A stretch of 64,000 nt of DNA from assembly GCA_976551045.1 (NCBI GenBank), contig CDPCPM010000054.1, positions 11,532,001 to 11,596,000 on the forward strand, in the 5' to 3' direction. A program made the position numbers and the translations under genes. Positions 48,409 to 60,486 of this stretch are shown here, one piece after another (position 1 is the stretch's first letter; every line of letters starts with the position of its first letter). Origin of the DNA: Glaucostegus cemiculus. Its lineage: Eukaryota. The notes beneath the pieces are model-generated. The model made no database searches. It had not been told where the DNA came from and saw only the letters and a list, made by a program, of their open reading frames with translations.

Positions 48409-51236
48409 ATGGAGATAAAACTGGCATCTCTAAACGTACACAGGGTGAAGTGCACTGCGCAATGTGTTAACGCCTTGCAGTTCACTGCCAAGGTCAATTC
48501 TGTCTTTCCTGCAAGAGTGCAGGCTGCCGCACCTCCACAACATTCGGAGGTAGTTGCGATGGTGGTCCCACGGACTGTCGGTGTGGTCGGGGGGCAACGA
48601 TTGTCGTGCTTCCAGCCTGGGGATTCTGATGTGGGGGGGGCAATTTCTCAATCACCGGTCAAAGAGGTGGTGGGGGGAGGCGGATCCTCGTGGCAGATGT
48701 GATGTACCGGAACACTCTGCTCCCATTAATTAACGTGTACGCCTCGCCCGTGCAGAGCGAGTGGCAGGCCGTCCTCCAGCAGCTCCCTCCGCTGCTGGCG
48801 ACATCCCAGACAGTCGATCTGGCCGGTGACTTCAACTGCATCATCGATGTGGCTGGACGATCCGGCAGTGCCGGCAGCAGACTGGACGGGACCTCCAGAC
48901 TCCTGGTGGAAATGGTTAAAGATGCCAAGTTGCACAAAGCTTTCAGCACCCCTGCAGATGGACCACAGCCACAACACACCTGGGTCGAGATCGGATGGCT
49001 CAGCCTGGTCCTGGATCGACTTCCTCTTTGTGTCAGAGCCAATCACAGTCAGATTCACCGATGTCACGCCGGTGTTCTTCTCTGACCACCATCTCCTTCG
49101 GGCCTTCTATCACCTACAGGAGGACCAGAAGGCAGGCAGAGGGAAGTGGAAGCTGAACATCAAGCTGCTGACCCCAGAGAGCACTGAGGAACTAAAGAGG
49201 GATTACGCAGGTTGGAGAACTGTGAAATTCCTCTTTGACTCTCCTGTGCACTGGTGGGAAGCGACAAAGGAGGACATCAAGAGGTTCTTCATCCACAGAG
49301 AGGTCCAGAAAGCAAAATAGAGTCAGAGGGAACCGTACCAACTCCAGACAGACCTGCAGCAACTTCTCCTTCTGCAGTCGAGGGGGGTGGATGTGAGAGA
49401 GGAACTCTGAGAGGCGAAGAGCCGGCGAGCCCATCTCCGCCCCTCCAAATCCTCCAAGATTATCTTCCGATCCAGGGTCCGCTCCATGGAGCACAGGGGG
49501 AGCTCTGTGATCCACAGCCTTAAGGAAGAGGACGGCTCAGTAACATCCTCGTAGACAGATATATTAAGGATCTGCAGATCCTTGTAAGCCAGTCTGTACG
49601 ACAAAAAAGACCACAGACAGCATGGCCTCCCAGAACTTCTTGTCCTCTATCACGGAGGTCTTAGATGACAGCAAGCAGGAGAGTCTGGACCAACCACTGA
49701 TCCTGGAGGAGCTGACTGGCTCTGTCTGTTCCTTTGAGTCAAATAAAACTCCCGGAAGCAACGACTTAGCATCGGAGTTGTATTCGGCTCTGTGGTACTG
49801 GATGGGCCCAGACCTGCTGGAGGTGTACAACATTATGCAGCATGACAGAATCCATGAGGAAGGGCACCATTACCCTCAGCTACAAGCAGAAGGGGGAGAG
49901 GGAGGACATCAGAAATTGGAGACCCATTTCACTGTTGAATGCGGATTATAAGATCCTGTCCAAGGCCATCGCCAACAGGGTCAAGTCTGCTCTGGGACAG
50001 GTGATCCACCCGGACCAAAGCTGTGCTGTACCTGGCACGAAGATCTTTGACAGCCTTGTGCTGCTCAGGGACACCATCGCCTACGTGCAGGACAGAGGGG
50101 TGAACACCTGCCTGGTCAGCTTGGACCAGGAGAAGGCCTTCGACAGGATATCACACATGTACATGTTGGACATGCTCTCCAAAATTGGCTTTGGGGAGGG
50201 AATCAGGAATTGGATCCAAATGCTCTACACAGACACTTGTAGCACAGTCCAAATCAATGGGTAGGAAACAGACATCTTCCCCCTTAAGTCTGGAGTCAGA
50301 CAGGGCTGCCCTCTCTCCCGTGTCTTGTTTGTGTGCTATATAGAGCACTTTGCTGAATCCATGAGGAAGGATGAGACAATCAGAGGGGTGACGTTGCCAG
50401 GCAGTGGGGGCACCCAGGTGAAAATCTCCCTGTACATGGACAACGTCACTGTCTTCTGCTCGAACCCAAGGTCAGTTCGCAGATTGACCAGCCTTTGCGA
50501 CCAGTTTGAGTTGGCATCAGGGGCGAGGGTTAACCACGTGAAGAGCAAGGCCATGCTCTTTGGTAACTGGCCCAATCGATCCAATGTTCCCTTCACCCCT
50601 GACTATCTGAAGGTGCTGCCGATCTGATTTGGAGGAGCCGGGGCACGCAACAAAAATTGGCGGGAGCGGATTGGGAAGGTGAAGCAGAAACTGGGACTGT
50701 GGGAACGGCGCACCCTATCAATAACTGGGAAGAACTTGGTTATCAAGCGTGAGGTGCTCTCAGGGCTGCTGTACTTAGCGCAGGTATGGCCTGTTCCTCG
50801 CTCCTGCAGCTTGGGAATCACCCGTGCCATCTTCTGGTTCATCTGGGGATCCAAGATGGAGCAGGTCCGATGGGTCGCCACGCACAAGTCCCTGGACAAT
50901 GGGGTCAAAAGTGTCCCCAGGGTCGCCCTCATCCTAATGACCACCTTTGTCTGTGGCTGCATAAGGCTGTCTGTGGAACCAAAGTGTGTGGGCACCAAGT
51001 GTCACTATGTGCTGAAGATCTACCTGTCCCCGGTGTTGCAAAGGATCAGCTTGGCCCCACTGCCGCACAACATTGCAGTCAGCTGGACATCGCCGCACTA
51101 CCTGTCCTTCATGTAAAAGTTCTTCCAGACCAACACCCGACTGGTACATTCCAGGCTGCAGGAGTACTTGCTGAGGGATGCACTGAAGCTGGGTGCAGCC
51201 AACGCAAGGGCTCGGTGGGGAAGGACAACAGTTTAA
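48409..51236 (+). pseudogene. Tx1 ORF2 (APE endonuclease plus RT), frameshifted, C-terminal zinc finger missing
   Basis: MEIKLASLNV; LINVYAS..LAGDFNC; IDFLF..FSDHH; NWRPISLLNADYKILSK; LDQEKAFDR; GVRQGCPLS; LYMDNV (YMDD mutated, 50433-50444); ends RDALKLGAANARARWGRTTV*. Confidence 0.9.
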
Positions 51237-51534
51237 GGTTATTCTGCCACTGGAGAGGGAGGAGCAGGGTCAGGCAAGGAAACCCCTCAAATATTGTAAA
51301 TATGGGATTGGGGTAGCACCGCAGGGAACCACACAGTGTAGCGTTGGTGCTGTGTTTTATTTCATAAAGTGGTAACACTAATGATTGATCCGTACATGAA
51401 TGTAAATGCTTGCACTGTTTTATTGTTGCATATAGTTTGTTTTTTTATGATGAATAAAATTTATTTTGGAATAAAAAAAGACAAGGTAAGACTTAACTTA
51501 CTGAGTCTGTGTCCAACATTGCTCCTGATCCTAT

Positions 51535-52030
51535 AAGGAACATGCAAATTAGGAGCAGATGTAGACCACTCAGCCCCTCAAGCCTGCTTCACCACTTAAT
51601 AAGGTCAGGGCTGATCTGATTATATCCTCAGCTCCACAGTCCTACTTAACCATGGTAACTTTCACCCCGTTTCTTATCGAGAATCGATCTACCTCTGCCT
51701 TAAAGATACTTAGACTCTATTTCCTCTGCTCTTTGGGAAAGAGAGTTCAAAAGACTCCTGATCCTCTGAGATCTTTCTGCCTTAAACAATCAGCCAAGTA
51801 CTTTTAAATAGTGACCCAGCCCCAAATTTTCTGACAAGTGGAAACATTCTCTCCACATTCATCCTGTCTAGACCCCTCAGGATTTAACTACTTTCCCCAC
51901 TCATTCTTCTGAACTTCGGGGGATACAGCCTAACCTGTCCAACCTTTCCTTGTGAGGCAACCCACATTCAGAGGAGGTCTCGTAAACCTTCTCTGAACTT
52001 CTGTCCACCCAGTAACTTCATTCTTTAAAT
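51535..52030 (-). mobile_element. Old CR1 3' fragment
   Basis: AATTAGGAGCAGATGTAGACCACTCAGCCCCTCAAGCCTG tail and GTAAACCTTCTCTGAAC. Confidence 0.7.
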
Positions 52031-53139
52031 CAAGATGGTAAACCAGATCTAATCTTTCTCAACATTAACATATAAGTTTGAAAATACCTATCCTTTGTCA
52101 AATTAATTTCCTACCATTACTCTGACAGAAATCCCTAAGGAGGCTTAATGATGGGCTAGGAGCCAGAGGGAAGTCTCCTGGACAGATTTTCCACAGCCAC
52201 CTATCAGAATTACGATGTGAATCTGGCATTATTCCAGTGGAAAACTGGTCTCAACTACAAAGTCCAAAATATTCTAGTTCTCCAAGGGTGACCTCACTAA
52301 TGCAAAATGCATGCTTTACCCTACAGTCATTAATCATGGGCACACTACCATCTGCAGGGTCCCCTCCTAGTCATGCACGATCCTGATTCAGAAATACAAT
52401 CACAGGGCACTCATCATGACTGAGTCCAAATCCCAGAACTCCATCCCCAACAGCACAGTGAGAGCAACATCACAACCCCATCAGAGCCTTGCCCAGATCC
52501 CAAGAGAAAATTCCTGAATGGTCTTCATGGCAAAGGGATATTTCTGTGAATGGTCTGTTCACCCATGTTCTTCTCCATTTTGACTTTTAGCAGCCAGCCA
52601 TTGTAGGCACATAGCTCAGACTTCCTGTCCCAGAATAAAGTGGCTTGCAATACCATATTAATTTCAATGCAATTCTACCATTCAAATTTACACCTTAGCC
52701 TAACTTACCTTTATTTCTTTATTCCTCCTCTTACCATTTCCACAGGCTCTTTAATCATTTCTCCCAACTTCCCCCTTTTGTCCTTTACTTCTCTCCCCTT
52801 TTCCTCTGACCTTAGTACTTGTTTTGGCTCTGACATTTCATGGTTCTAATAGAAGGTCACAGACCTGAAACATTACTCTTGATTCTTGAAGATTTCTTTC
52901 TCCACAGATACTGTCTAGCCTTTCACATTTCCTTGTGTTAGCTTTAAACAATTTTTCAGATCAGCCACTCACTTATCCTTGAATTTCCTTGATAGAAATT
53001 CTGCAAATTCAGGCAGTAATTCTCAATTATTGCAGAGACTCATTCAAACACAGTCATCATTTCAATAATATTGCTTCATATAAACTTCAAATCTGACAGA
53101 AAATAGTGTAACACACAACAATTTTAACTCAGTGATTTC

Positions 53140-53440
53140 TTAGGACATCCCTTGGGATTGAGGTCGACTTACTTCCACTCCAGTCTGTGGGTTCCAAAAA
53201 GATTGATCAAGCTAAGGTGGGATCCACGGACTTTTCCAAAGCTGGGGCAGGAGGTGGCTGATGGGATGGATAATTTGTGAGTTGGTGCACGACTTCCACC
53301 ATCACATAGAGCCTCTGTGCATTTCCAGTACATGGCCTCAAGGTTCTCGGTACAAATTCAGAATCCTCCTTTCCCACTTTGAGTGGGCGTGGGCCAAAGG
53401 TCCCCAGGAGTGAGTGAAGGTGTTGCCCATTAGCCACTTT
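53140..53440 (-). mobile_element. Probable RTE-related LINE/SINE 3' fragment
   Basis: CATCCCTTGGGATTGAGGTCGACTTACTTCCACTC resembles an RTE-type 3' terminus. Family call is from recall only. Confidence 0.4.
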
Positions 53441-53666
53441 TTCCAACTTTTACAACAATAAGGACTCTGGACTTTTTGGATCACGTTCTGTTAAGAGTTT
53501 GCGTCACTTACACAAAGTATCAGTGAGGTATTTTCACTCAAGGAACCTCACTCAATGAGCTAATCCCACCGATTTACAAAAGAAAAGGAGTGGAAATAAT
53601 GGAAGCACCACCACCTGCAGGTTCTCCTGCAAGTCACATACCTCCTTGGTTTGGAAATATATATAT

Positions 53667-53928
53667 GGGGCGGCACGATAGTGTAGCGGTTAGCGCGACG
53701 CTGTTACAGCACCAGCGATCGGGGTTCAATTCCCGTCGCTGACTGTAAGGAGTTTGTACGTTCTCCCATGTCTGCGTGGGTTTCCTCCAGATGCTCCAGT
53801 TTCCTCCCACATTCTAAAAGACCTACGGGTTGGTTAATTTGGGGGTTTATAATGGGCGGCGTGGACTCATTGGGCCGAAAGGGCCTGTTACCACGCTGTA
53901 AATACATTTTTTTTAAATTTTTTAAAAA
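53667..53928 (+). mobile_element. Young V-SINE nested in an old CR1-group fragment (about 53600-54020)
   Basis: A box TAGTGTAGCGG (53679-53689), B box GGTTCAATTCC (53723-53733), V domain, CR1-like tail GGGCCGAAAGGGCCTGTT. CpGs largely intact. Confidence 0.88.
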
Positions 53929-54092
53929 GTCCTTCATCATCATTGAGTCTAACTCCTGGAAGTCCCTCCCCAGTACTCACTGTGGGAGCACCATCATCAG
54001 AAGATCTGCTGTGGTCCATGTAGAGTTGAATTACAATGGGACGATCGAGATATATTGTTGTGCGTTAGATTACATGACTTTTTGCCTTCACG

Positions 54093-54230
54093 TGGACTTT
54101 CTCCACAGCCTTTGCACACGCTAATCTGCAGATTGAATCCTGCCAGCATGTCACAGAGTCTCCTTGAACTCTCTCTTTCCCAGGCAGGAACACTTCCACG
54201 ATTGCCAGCCAACAGGATGATAAATTGTGG
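54093..54230 (+). repeat. Diverged direct repeat, copy 1 (138 bp)
   Basis: Aligns end to end with 54899-55030. Confidence 0.85.
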
Positions 54231-54898
54231 AAAAAAATTGCAATAAATCTTTGCAGTGGTTGAAAGGCAAAGAACATTCAGCTGTATATCACTAAATTTT
54301 CCCTGATCCCTACTCCTCAGGCTGCTCATCTTGATGAATGACAAGGCCTAACTAGCCACGTCTGTGTTGGCTTGGTTAGGGACTCACCCAAATTGCAATT
54401 GAGATAGTATTTACACTGTGCGCCTTTGTATGCTTTGTGTGTGCTTGGCGTGTGAATGCTATCTGTGCAGCAGAACCTGGTCTTCAATTGTCTTGGAGCT
54501 CCTTGCCATTGAACCAAGACCTCGCTCTGTCAAACTGTATGGCAGCAGGTATGCAACGGCCAAGCCACATTCATGGACAGACATCTTCATTCCTCAGAAC
54601 AGAATGGAAGCAAGTTATCTGCAAGCACGGGAGATTGCCCAAGAAGAAGATAATTTATACAACGTTTCACTTCCAAATCTGCTCATTAATAAGCCTAATG
54701 GTGGCCATTTCAGATAAACAAAACAATGCTGCTTCCTGGAAATTGCGGTTAGCACTTCACAGAGGGAATATATCAAACTCCAACTCTCACAGCAAGATAT
54801 CACACCAATGTCAAATGTTAGCCCACACCAGAGGTGGAAAATGGAGGAGTCCTAAAACTCCCCAGTCTATTCTTAGACCGCTTGCACTGCAATTCATT

Positions 54899-55030
54899 TG
54901 GACTTTCTCCAGATCCTTTGCACAATCTAATCAGCAGGATGAATCCTCCCCAACTGTGTCTCCTTGACCTATCCCTGTCCCAGGCAGGGGAACTTCTATA
55001 ATCGCCAACTAACAGGATAATAAATTGTGG
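54899..55030 (+). repeat. Diverged direct repeat, copy 2 (132 bp)
   Basis: Shared blocks TGGACTTTCTCCA, CCTTTGCACA, TGAATCCT, GTCTCCTTGA, TCCCAGGCAGG, AACAGGAT, ATAAATTGTGG. Confidence 0.85.
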
Positions 55031-55119
55031 AGCAAAAGGAGAAACCTTTCAAAGAGACCTCATTGTGATAAAGTTCCTTCCAGCAAAATTTTTACCTGGT
55101 CCTTTTACAGTAAATAAAG

Positions 55120-55500
55120 ACCTGAATTTATTTAACACCTTCCAAAGTTCATTGCAGCCAGCAAAGTACTGTTAAAGTATAGTCACTGTTGTAATGTACA
55201 AAACACACCTGCCAATTTGTGCACAACAAGCTCCCACAAACAGCAGTATGATAAAGTTCAGGGAATTTGTGTTAGTGATATTCATGAAGGATAATGCTGG
55301 CTGGCACATTGGGTATAACTCTATGATCTTCAAAAAAATCAAGGGATCTTTTGGGTTAATTTAAGAGAATAGACACTGTCAGTTTAATATCTTATCTGAA
55401 AAAGACACCTCTAACTGAGGAGCATTCCCCCAATGGTGCACTGGCAGGTGTCAGCCGAGATTTTTGTCCTTGCTCTTCTGATTTAGAAGTGAGACTACTG
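55120..55500 (-). mobile_element. Deu-domain SINE remnant
   Basis: GCCAATTTGTGCACAACAAGCTCCCACAAACAGCA; GTTTAATATCTTATCTGAAAAAGAC. Confidence 0.65.
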
Positions 55501-56129
55501 AGTATGGAGCACTGCCATCAGCTAATCACACTGGCAACTCACTTCATGATTCAGATCTCTGCAAGGTTCAGTCTTATTATTTAAGCATTAGGTAGGGTCA
55601 ATGGCAGCAGAGTGATGAAGGTGGCTCCTGTGTGTATGGGGATTTGGGATGAGGCATAGGGTTGGAGGCGAGAGGCAAGTGCTGAAGGGTATGGCCAAAG
55701 CAGCTGAGGATGGGTGAGGGTGAAAGTCAGAGGATGAGGCCATTGGTTGGGAAGAGGGGGGGTAGATGAGGGAAGGAGTGAGGGGCAGGAGAGAGGGATA
55801 GGGCCAGGGATGAGGTTAAAGAGTTGGGCAAAGGTTAGAACAACTTGCAGGAGGCAACTAATTGGTAGCCAAACACGAGAGTTGTGAAATTATTGGAGGT
55901 GGAGCAAGTGACAGAGCACTCCGATTGGGGCTTGCCATATTAACATCGCCAATCCCATTATTATTGATCTACTTAACCCAAGGGAACACCAATCATACTG
56001 GAAGCCACTGACTATATTCAAATTGACAGAGCCTTCTCCACAAGGAGAAAGTGGTCGATTACTCACTGCTCTTGAAAAATTGCTGAAAACCAAGTCTCTA
56101 TATTAGGTCATCCACTTGGGTCTATAAAA

Positions 56130-56690
56130 GAAACTTCTGTGTGGTGAAAAGCTGGAGACAGAGAGATCTGGGAGTCTGTGTACACAGATCATTAATCTAT
56201 GAAGGAAATATAAATAATATCAAATATTAAAATTACAGGCAGAAGGCCAATGGAGTGCAGGCTTTTATATCTGGAGTACTGGGGAAGGAGGGGATAAAAG
56301 TTATTAAGAAGGTATAGAAAACCTAGTTAGACCACACCTGAGAATATGCCAGATGACTTCACCAGAACTCTGAAGGCAAGTTACAAGGAGACTGCATAAA
56401 CTAGATGTGACTACACTGCAATTCAACAGTGACTTGACTGAAGATTCCAAAGTATTTGGGTGACTCAAGATTAAATGGAAACAAACTACTTCTGCTGGTC
56501 AGGGAGTTCAGGGCCAGGGACCAGAATCTACAGATTATAGCTAGACCTTGCAGTGGTGAATTTAGCTTGGTGATAGAAGTTAGAAACATTTTTCTGGTAG
56601 TTGACACTGGGTCAATTGTTAATTTTAAATGAGAGATTGGTAGCCAGTATAATGAAAGGCCGTGAGTAAATGGAGTTAGGTCACTGAATG
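56130..56690 (+). mobile_element. Old CR1 3' fragment
   Basis: GAAGGCCAATGGAGTG; CTAGTTAGACCACACCTGAG; ACCAGAATCTACAGATTATAGC. Confidence 0.6.
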
Positions 56691-57359
56691 TCAGACAACA
56701 TCCTCCAGTTCCCACTTTCCTACAAGTAAGCCTCTCCCACTGAAAACTTGCTGTCTTTCTCTACACTCACTTATGATGTTGGTCCTTTCCCAAACCATTA
56801 TGCAACATTCACCATTGTAGAGTTCCCCGAATCTTTTTCTGCTTCTTGCTGTTGATGAGGAATCCATAAATCAGCTTGACCTAGTATGGAAGCTTCTGAC
56901 AGATGGGGACATTAAAAAAGAGCCAAAGCCCTGGCCAAGAAATAAACAGCTGTGGTGGAATCGATCCAGTGGAACTTATTTTGTAATTCCGTTTTCTTTC
57001 ATTTCCCAAAGACATTGATTTGCAGGAACCCAATCCGTGGCTGCCAGTTATCTCCAAGTACCTTGCCAGGAGAAGCAAATTTTTGCATGAAGGATATTCA
57101 GCAGGTTTCCTGCTGTTTCTTAACAGCATAACGTAAGGTTGCATCAGAATTCTTTCTCTGTCCAATGCAGGAATCTTTCTTTCACAAAGACAGTTGGTCA
57201 GACTCTCCTAATTTGCTCAACGGCTCTGTGCTTATCCATAGGGATCAATGATTATCTCAAGGCTCTGAGTGGTAAACTAAGGGTTCTACCAAAGGAGAAG
57301 AGTTCTTGGGTTAATGAGGGAAAATGAACCAAGATCCTTGCACCCATTATCCCTGCTGA

Positions 57360-57701
57360 TACGGTTGCCAGTTTTGGTGGGACTTGACAACTTGACATCA
57401 ATTTGAAATTCCATTTGCCCAAATGTTCAAAGTATTTTCTCCTAGATTGCTTCCATTCATACCCTGAAGATTAGTCTTTAAAGGAGAAAATTATGCTTGG
57501 TCACAATTGCTCAATACATTTGGAAGTATCAGCTACCTGTTGTGGTCACCCTTTCCACACGGCCTGTAACTGTATTGCTCTATGACTCTATGACTCTTAA
57601 GTCATTGAAATGGCAGGAGGTGAGTAAAACTGGTTTAGACAAATTTCTCCCTATTTAAGTTCCGGAAACTTTAGAATAACCCTAGATAGTTGGCAACCCT
57701 G
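57360..57701. mobile_element. Possible degenerate hAT-type non-autonomous DNA transposon
   Basis: Ends ACGGTTGCCA and TTGGCAACCCTG form an imperfect AGGGTTGCCA-type TIR pair; no 8-bp TSD visible; contains a CR1 tail (CTATGACT)n at about 57560-57598. Confidence 0.45.
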
Positions 57702-58064
57702 CAGGACAGTTATGAAGACAGGTCTAAGGAGAGGAGAGGTGACTCTTGGCAGTGGAACTCACTCTTGCAAAATCTCCATTTCCTTCATTGGCGAGAGAGG
57801 TTGTTGATTCAATTTCCATTTGGTGCTGCTCAATTCAAGCGTCTTGTGAAAATCTCTATTCTATATGTTGAAGTAAACATACAGAGAAACAATATCGTTT
57901 GGTATGTTCTATTATACTGCAGTATTTAAACCAAATGATTGGCTAAATTAGTAGCAATCTCTCCTGTAGATAGAAGTTGTGGGTTAAGTCTAAAAATCTG
58001 GACTGTGCAGTCTGAAGTGAGCGCTGCGCTGTTGGAGATGCTGTTCTCTATTAAACCAAATACA

Positions 58065-58335
58065 GTCATATAGCATAGAAACAGGCCATTCAGCCCACCA
58101 AGTCCATGCCAACCATTGTACTTATCTACACTAGTCCTATTTACCTGTATTTTGTCTGTAGCCTTCTATGCCTTGGTGATTCAAGAGCTTGTCTAGATGC
58201 TTTTTACATGTTGTGGGTGAACCTGCCTCCACTACCTTCTCAGGCAGCACATTCTAGATTCCAACCAATCTCTATGTGAAAAATACTCCCCCTCAGATCC
58301 CGCCTAACCCTCTTACCTCTCACCTTATACCTGTG
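58065..58335 (-). mobile_element. CR1 3' end inside a Deu-SINE remnant (about 57940-58060 and 58400-58560)
   Basis: GAAACAGGCCATTCAGCCCAC tail; flanks carry SINE head and Deu core halves. Confidence 0.7.
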
Positions 58336-58941
58336 CTGTCTTGTTTACACACAACCACCAAGTCTTGCAGGTGAAAGTAAAAGATTCTAAGACAAGCAGT
58401 GGAGTTCTAACCTGCATCCTGGCTAAAGACAAAATTATCCTTCAGTCAACATCAGTGAAAAAAAAGCAAATAATCTGGCTTTTCCACATTGCTGTTGGTG
58501 GGAGCTTGCTGCTTCCAAATTTGCTGCCACTTGCACATTTGCAATAAAGTGCTTTGAGATGGTTGGACTGCTGGTTACATCTACAGGTAACATGTCTGAT
58601 ATTGTGCAACTAAAGTGTGCAAAGCAAAACAAGTTTGGAAGTAAAATCCAGGCAAAAATGCTTCTATAACACTAACAGCTACAGAGGCCTTGAAGAAAGT
58701 GGATAAGAAACTTTACAGGGATGACACTGGAACTGAGAGGTTCCGGTACAAATGCAGCCATGACCAGATGGGCTGAGTGGCCTGCATCAAAGTAAAGAAA
58801 GTCCATGATGATTAAAGTGATGAAAATAAAAGACATATAGAGAGAGCTTCACTTCCCAGCTCAACGCCTCATTGGCATAATAGAGGTCAATCATAATTTA
58901 AAGGAAGATTAATAAAGAATAAATTCAGTAACAAAATATTA

Positions 58942-59617
58942 AAACATAGAAAAACACAGAAAAACATAGAAAACTACAGCACAATTCAGGTCCTTCAGCC
59001 CACAAAGCTGTGCCGAACCTGTCCCAACACTAGAAATTACTAGGCTTACCCATAACCCTCTATTCCACTCAGCTCCATGTACCTATCCAACAGTCTCTTG
59101 AAAGACCCTATGGTAACCGCCTCCACCACTGACTCCGGCAGCCCATTCCACGCACTCACCACTCTCTGAGTAAAAAACTTACCCCTGACATCTTCTCTAT
59201 ATCTACTTCCCAGAATCTTAAACCTATGTCATCTTGTGGCCTCCATTTCAGCCCTGGGGAAAAGCCTCTGACTATCTACCCGATCAATACCTCTCATCGT
59301 CTTATGTACCTCTATCAAATCCCCCCCATCCTCCTTCTCTCCAAGGAGAAAAGGCCAAGTTCCCGCAACCTGCTTTCATAAGGCGTGCTCCGCATTCCAG
59401 GCAGCATCCTCGTAAACCTCCTCTGCACCCTCTCTACGGCTTCCACATCTTTCCTGCAGTGAGGCGACCAGAACTGAGCACAAAACTCCAAGTGGGGTCT
59501 GACCAGGGACCTATATAACTCACGGCTCCTAAATTCAATCCCGCAACTGATGAAGGACTTCTTAACCACAGAATCAACCTGCCCAGCCGCCTTGAGCGAC
59601 CTATGAACTCAGACCCA
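58942..59617 (-). mobile_element. Young CR1, 5'-truncated, with 11-bp tandem tail
   Basis: [41 protein letters not shown]; tail (AAACATAGAAA)x3. Confidence 0.92.
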
Positions 59618-60054
59618 ATTTAAATTTACTTCTCAATTTACTTGGACTAAGGCAGTGATTAGAAAGGTAAAAAAATACTTACAATGCTCAATTCTGTCAA
59701 GTTTCTCCCCCTTCTCCTCTCCTTTAAAACATGCTGTAAAACCTCTTTCTCTTGGTCACCTGACCTAATATCTCCTCATATTAACAGCCAATGCTCAAAG
59801 GAAGAGACTGAGGATATCTTACCATTTAAAAAGTATTCTATAAACAGTAGATGGTGATAAAATCTGCAGTGGTTGATGCGACCTACATCATGCCAACTCA
59901 ACACAAGACCAAATTAATTAATTTGGCATTTCAAACGCTAAATTAATCTCAGAACACATGATATATATTTAGGAGAGAGAAGAACGTAGCTTTGAGATTG
60001 AGGATAGCCAAGAACGTATGGCATGACGGAGCTGGCTCAAAGGGCTGAATGGCC

Positions 60055-60250
60055 TTGGAGGTGCTGAAAATATTCAACAGGGTCAGACAGCATCTCAAGA
60101 GAGAAACAGAATCTTTCAGGTCAACAACCTTTCATCAGTTCTGTTGTGAAATGTTATTCCTGTTACTCTCTGCACAGATATTGCCTGACCTCCTGAATAT
60201 TTTCAGCGTTTTCTGTTTGTATTTCAAATATCCAACAACTGCAGTTTTTA
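60055..60250. mobile_element. Old Penelope-derived fold-back remnant
   Basis: GCTGAAAATATTCAACAGGGTCAG and CTGACCTCCTGAATATTTTCAGC inverted arms; TTCATCAG (CTGATGAA on minus strand). Confidence 0.6.
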
Positions 60251-60415
60251 CTTCTCAATGTACTTATGATGTAATTCTATTGTAGTTTTAAAGAATGGTT
60301 GTAAAAGTTGGGTTGATGTGTTTGGAATTGTAATGGTGTCCATGTGAAAATATGTTGTATATAAAATATTGAATATTAATTATCTTTACATTCATTTCAA
60401 AACAAGGTTGACATG

Positions 60416-60486
60416 GTTATATAGTACTATACGGCTATATAGTAATCCCACCCTATACAATGCTATTTTCCTAAGCAATATTTTAG
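60416..60486 (+). repeat. 71-bp direct repeat, copy 1 (copy 2 at 61483-61553)
   Basis: GTTATATAGTACTAT...TATATAGTAA...AATGC.ATTTTCCT.AGCAATATTTTAG in both; equal length, no net indel. Confidence 0.8.

Larger units (their letters stand above)
46215..51479 (+). mobile_element. L1-clade Tx1 non-LTR retrotransposon, slightly 5'-truncated and decayed, with nested Rex1
   Basis: ORF1 with CCHC knuckles, ORF2 with APE endonuclease and RT, 3'UTR with AATAAA and short poly(A) at about 51470-51479. Confidence 0.92.

Noticed and set aside
53667-53740. tRNA gene
   Set aside because: A/B boxes run directly into the V domain and CR1-like tail, so it is a SINE head; same for 6520, 11412 and 17580.
54093-54230. 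H/ACA or C/D snoRNA pair
   Set aside because: Size fits, but no conserved terminal ACA, H box or C/D box pair is present in both copies.
55620-55850. G-rich purine tract as a functional element
   Set aside because: Low-complexity sequence with no clear unit or other support.
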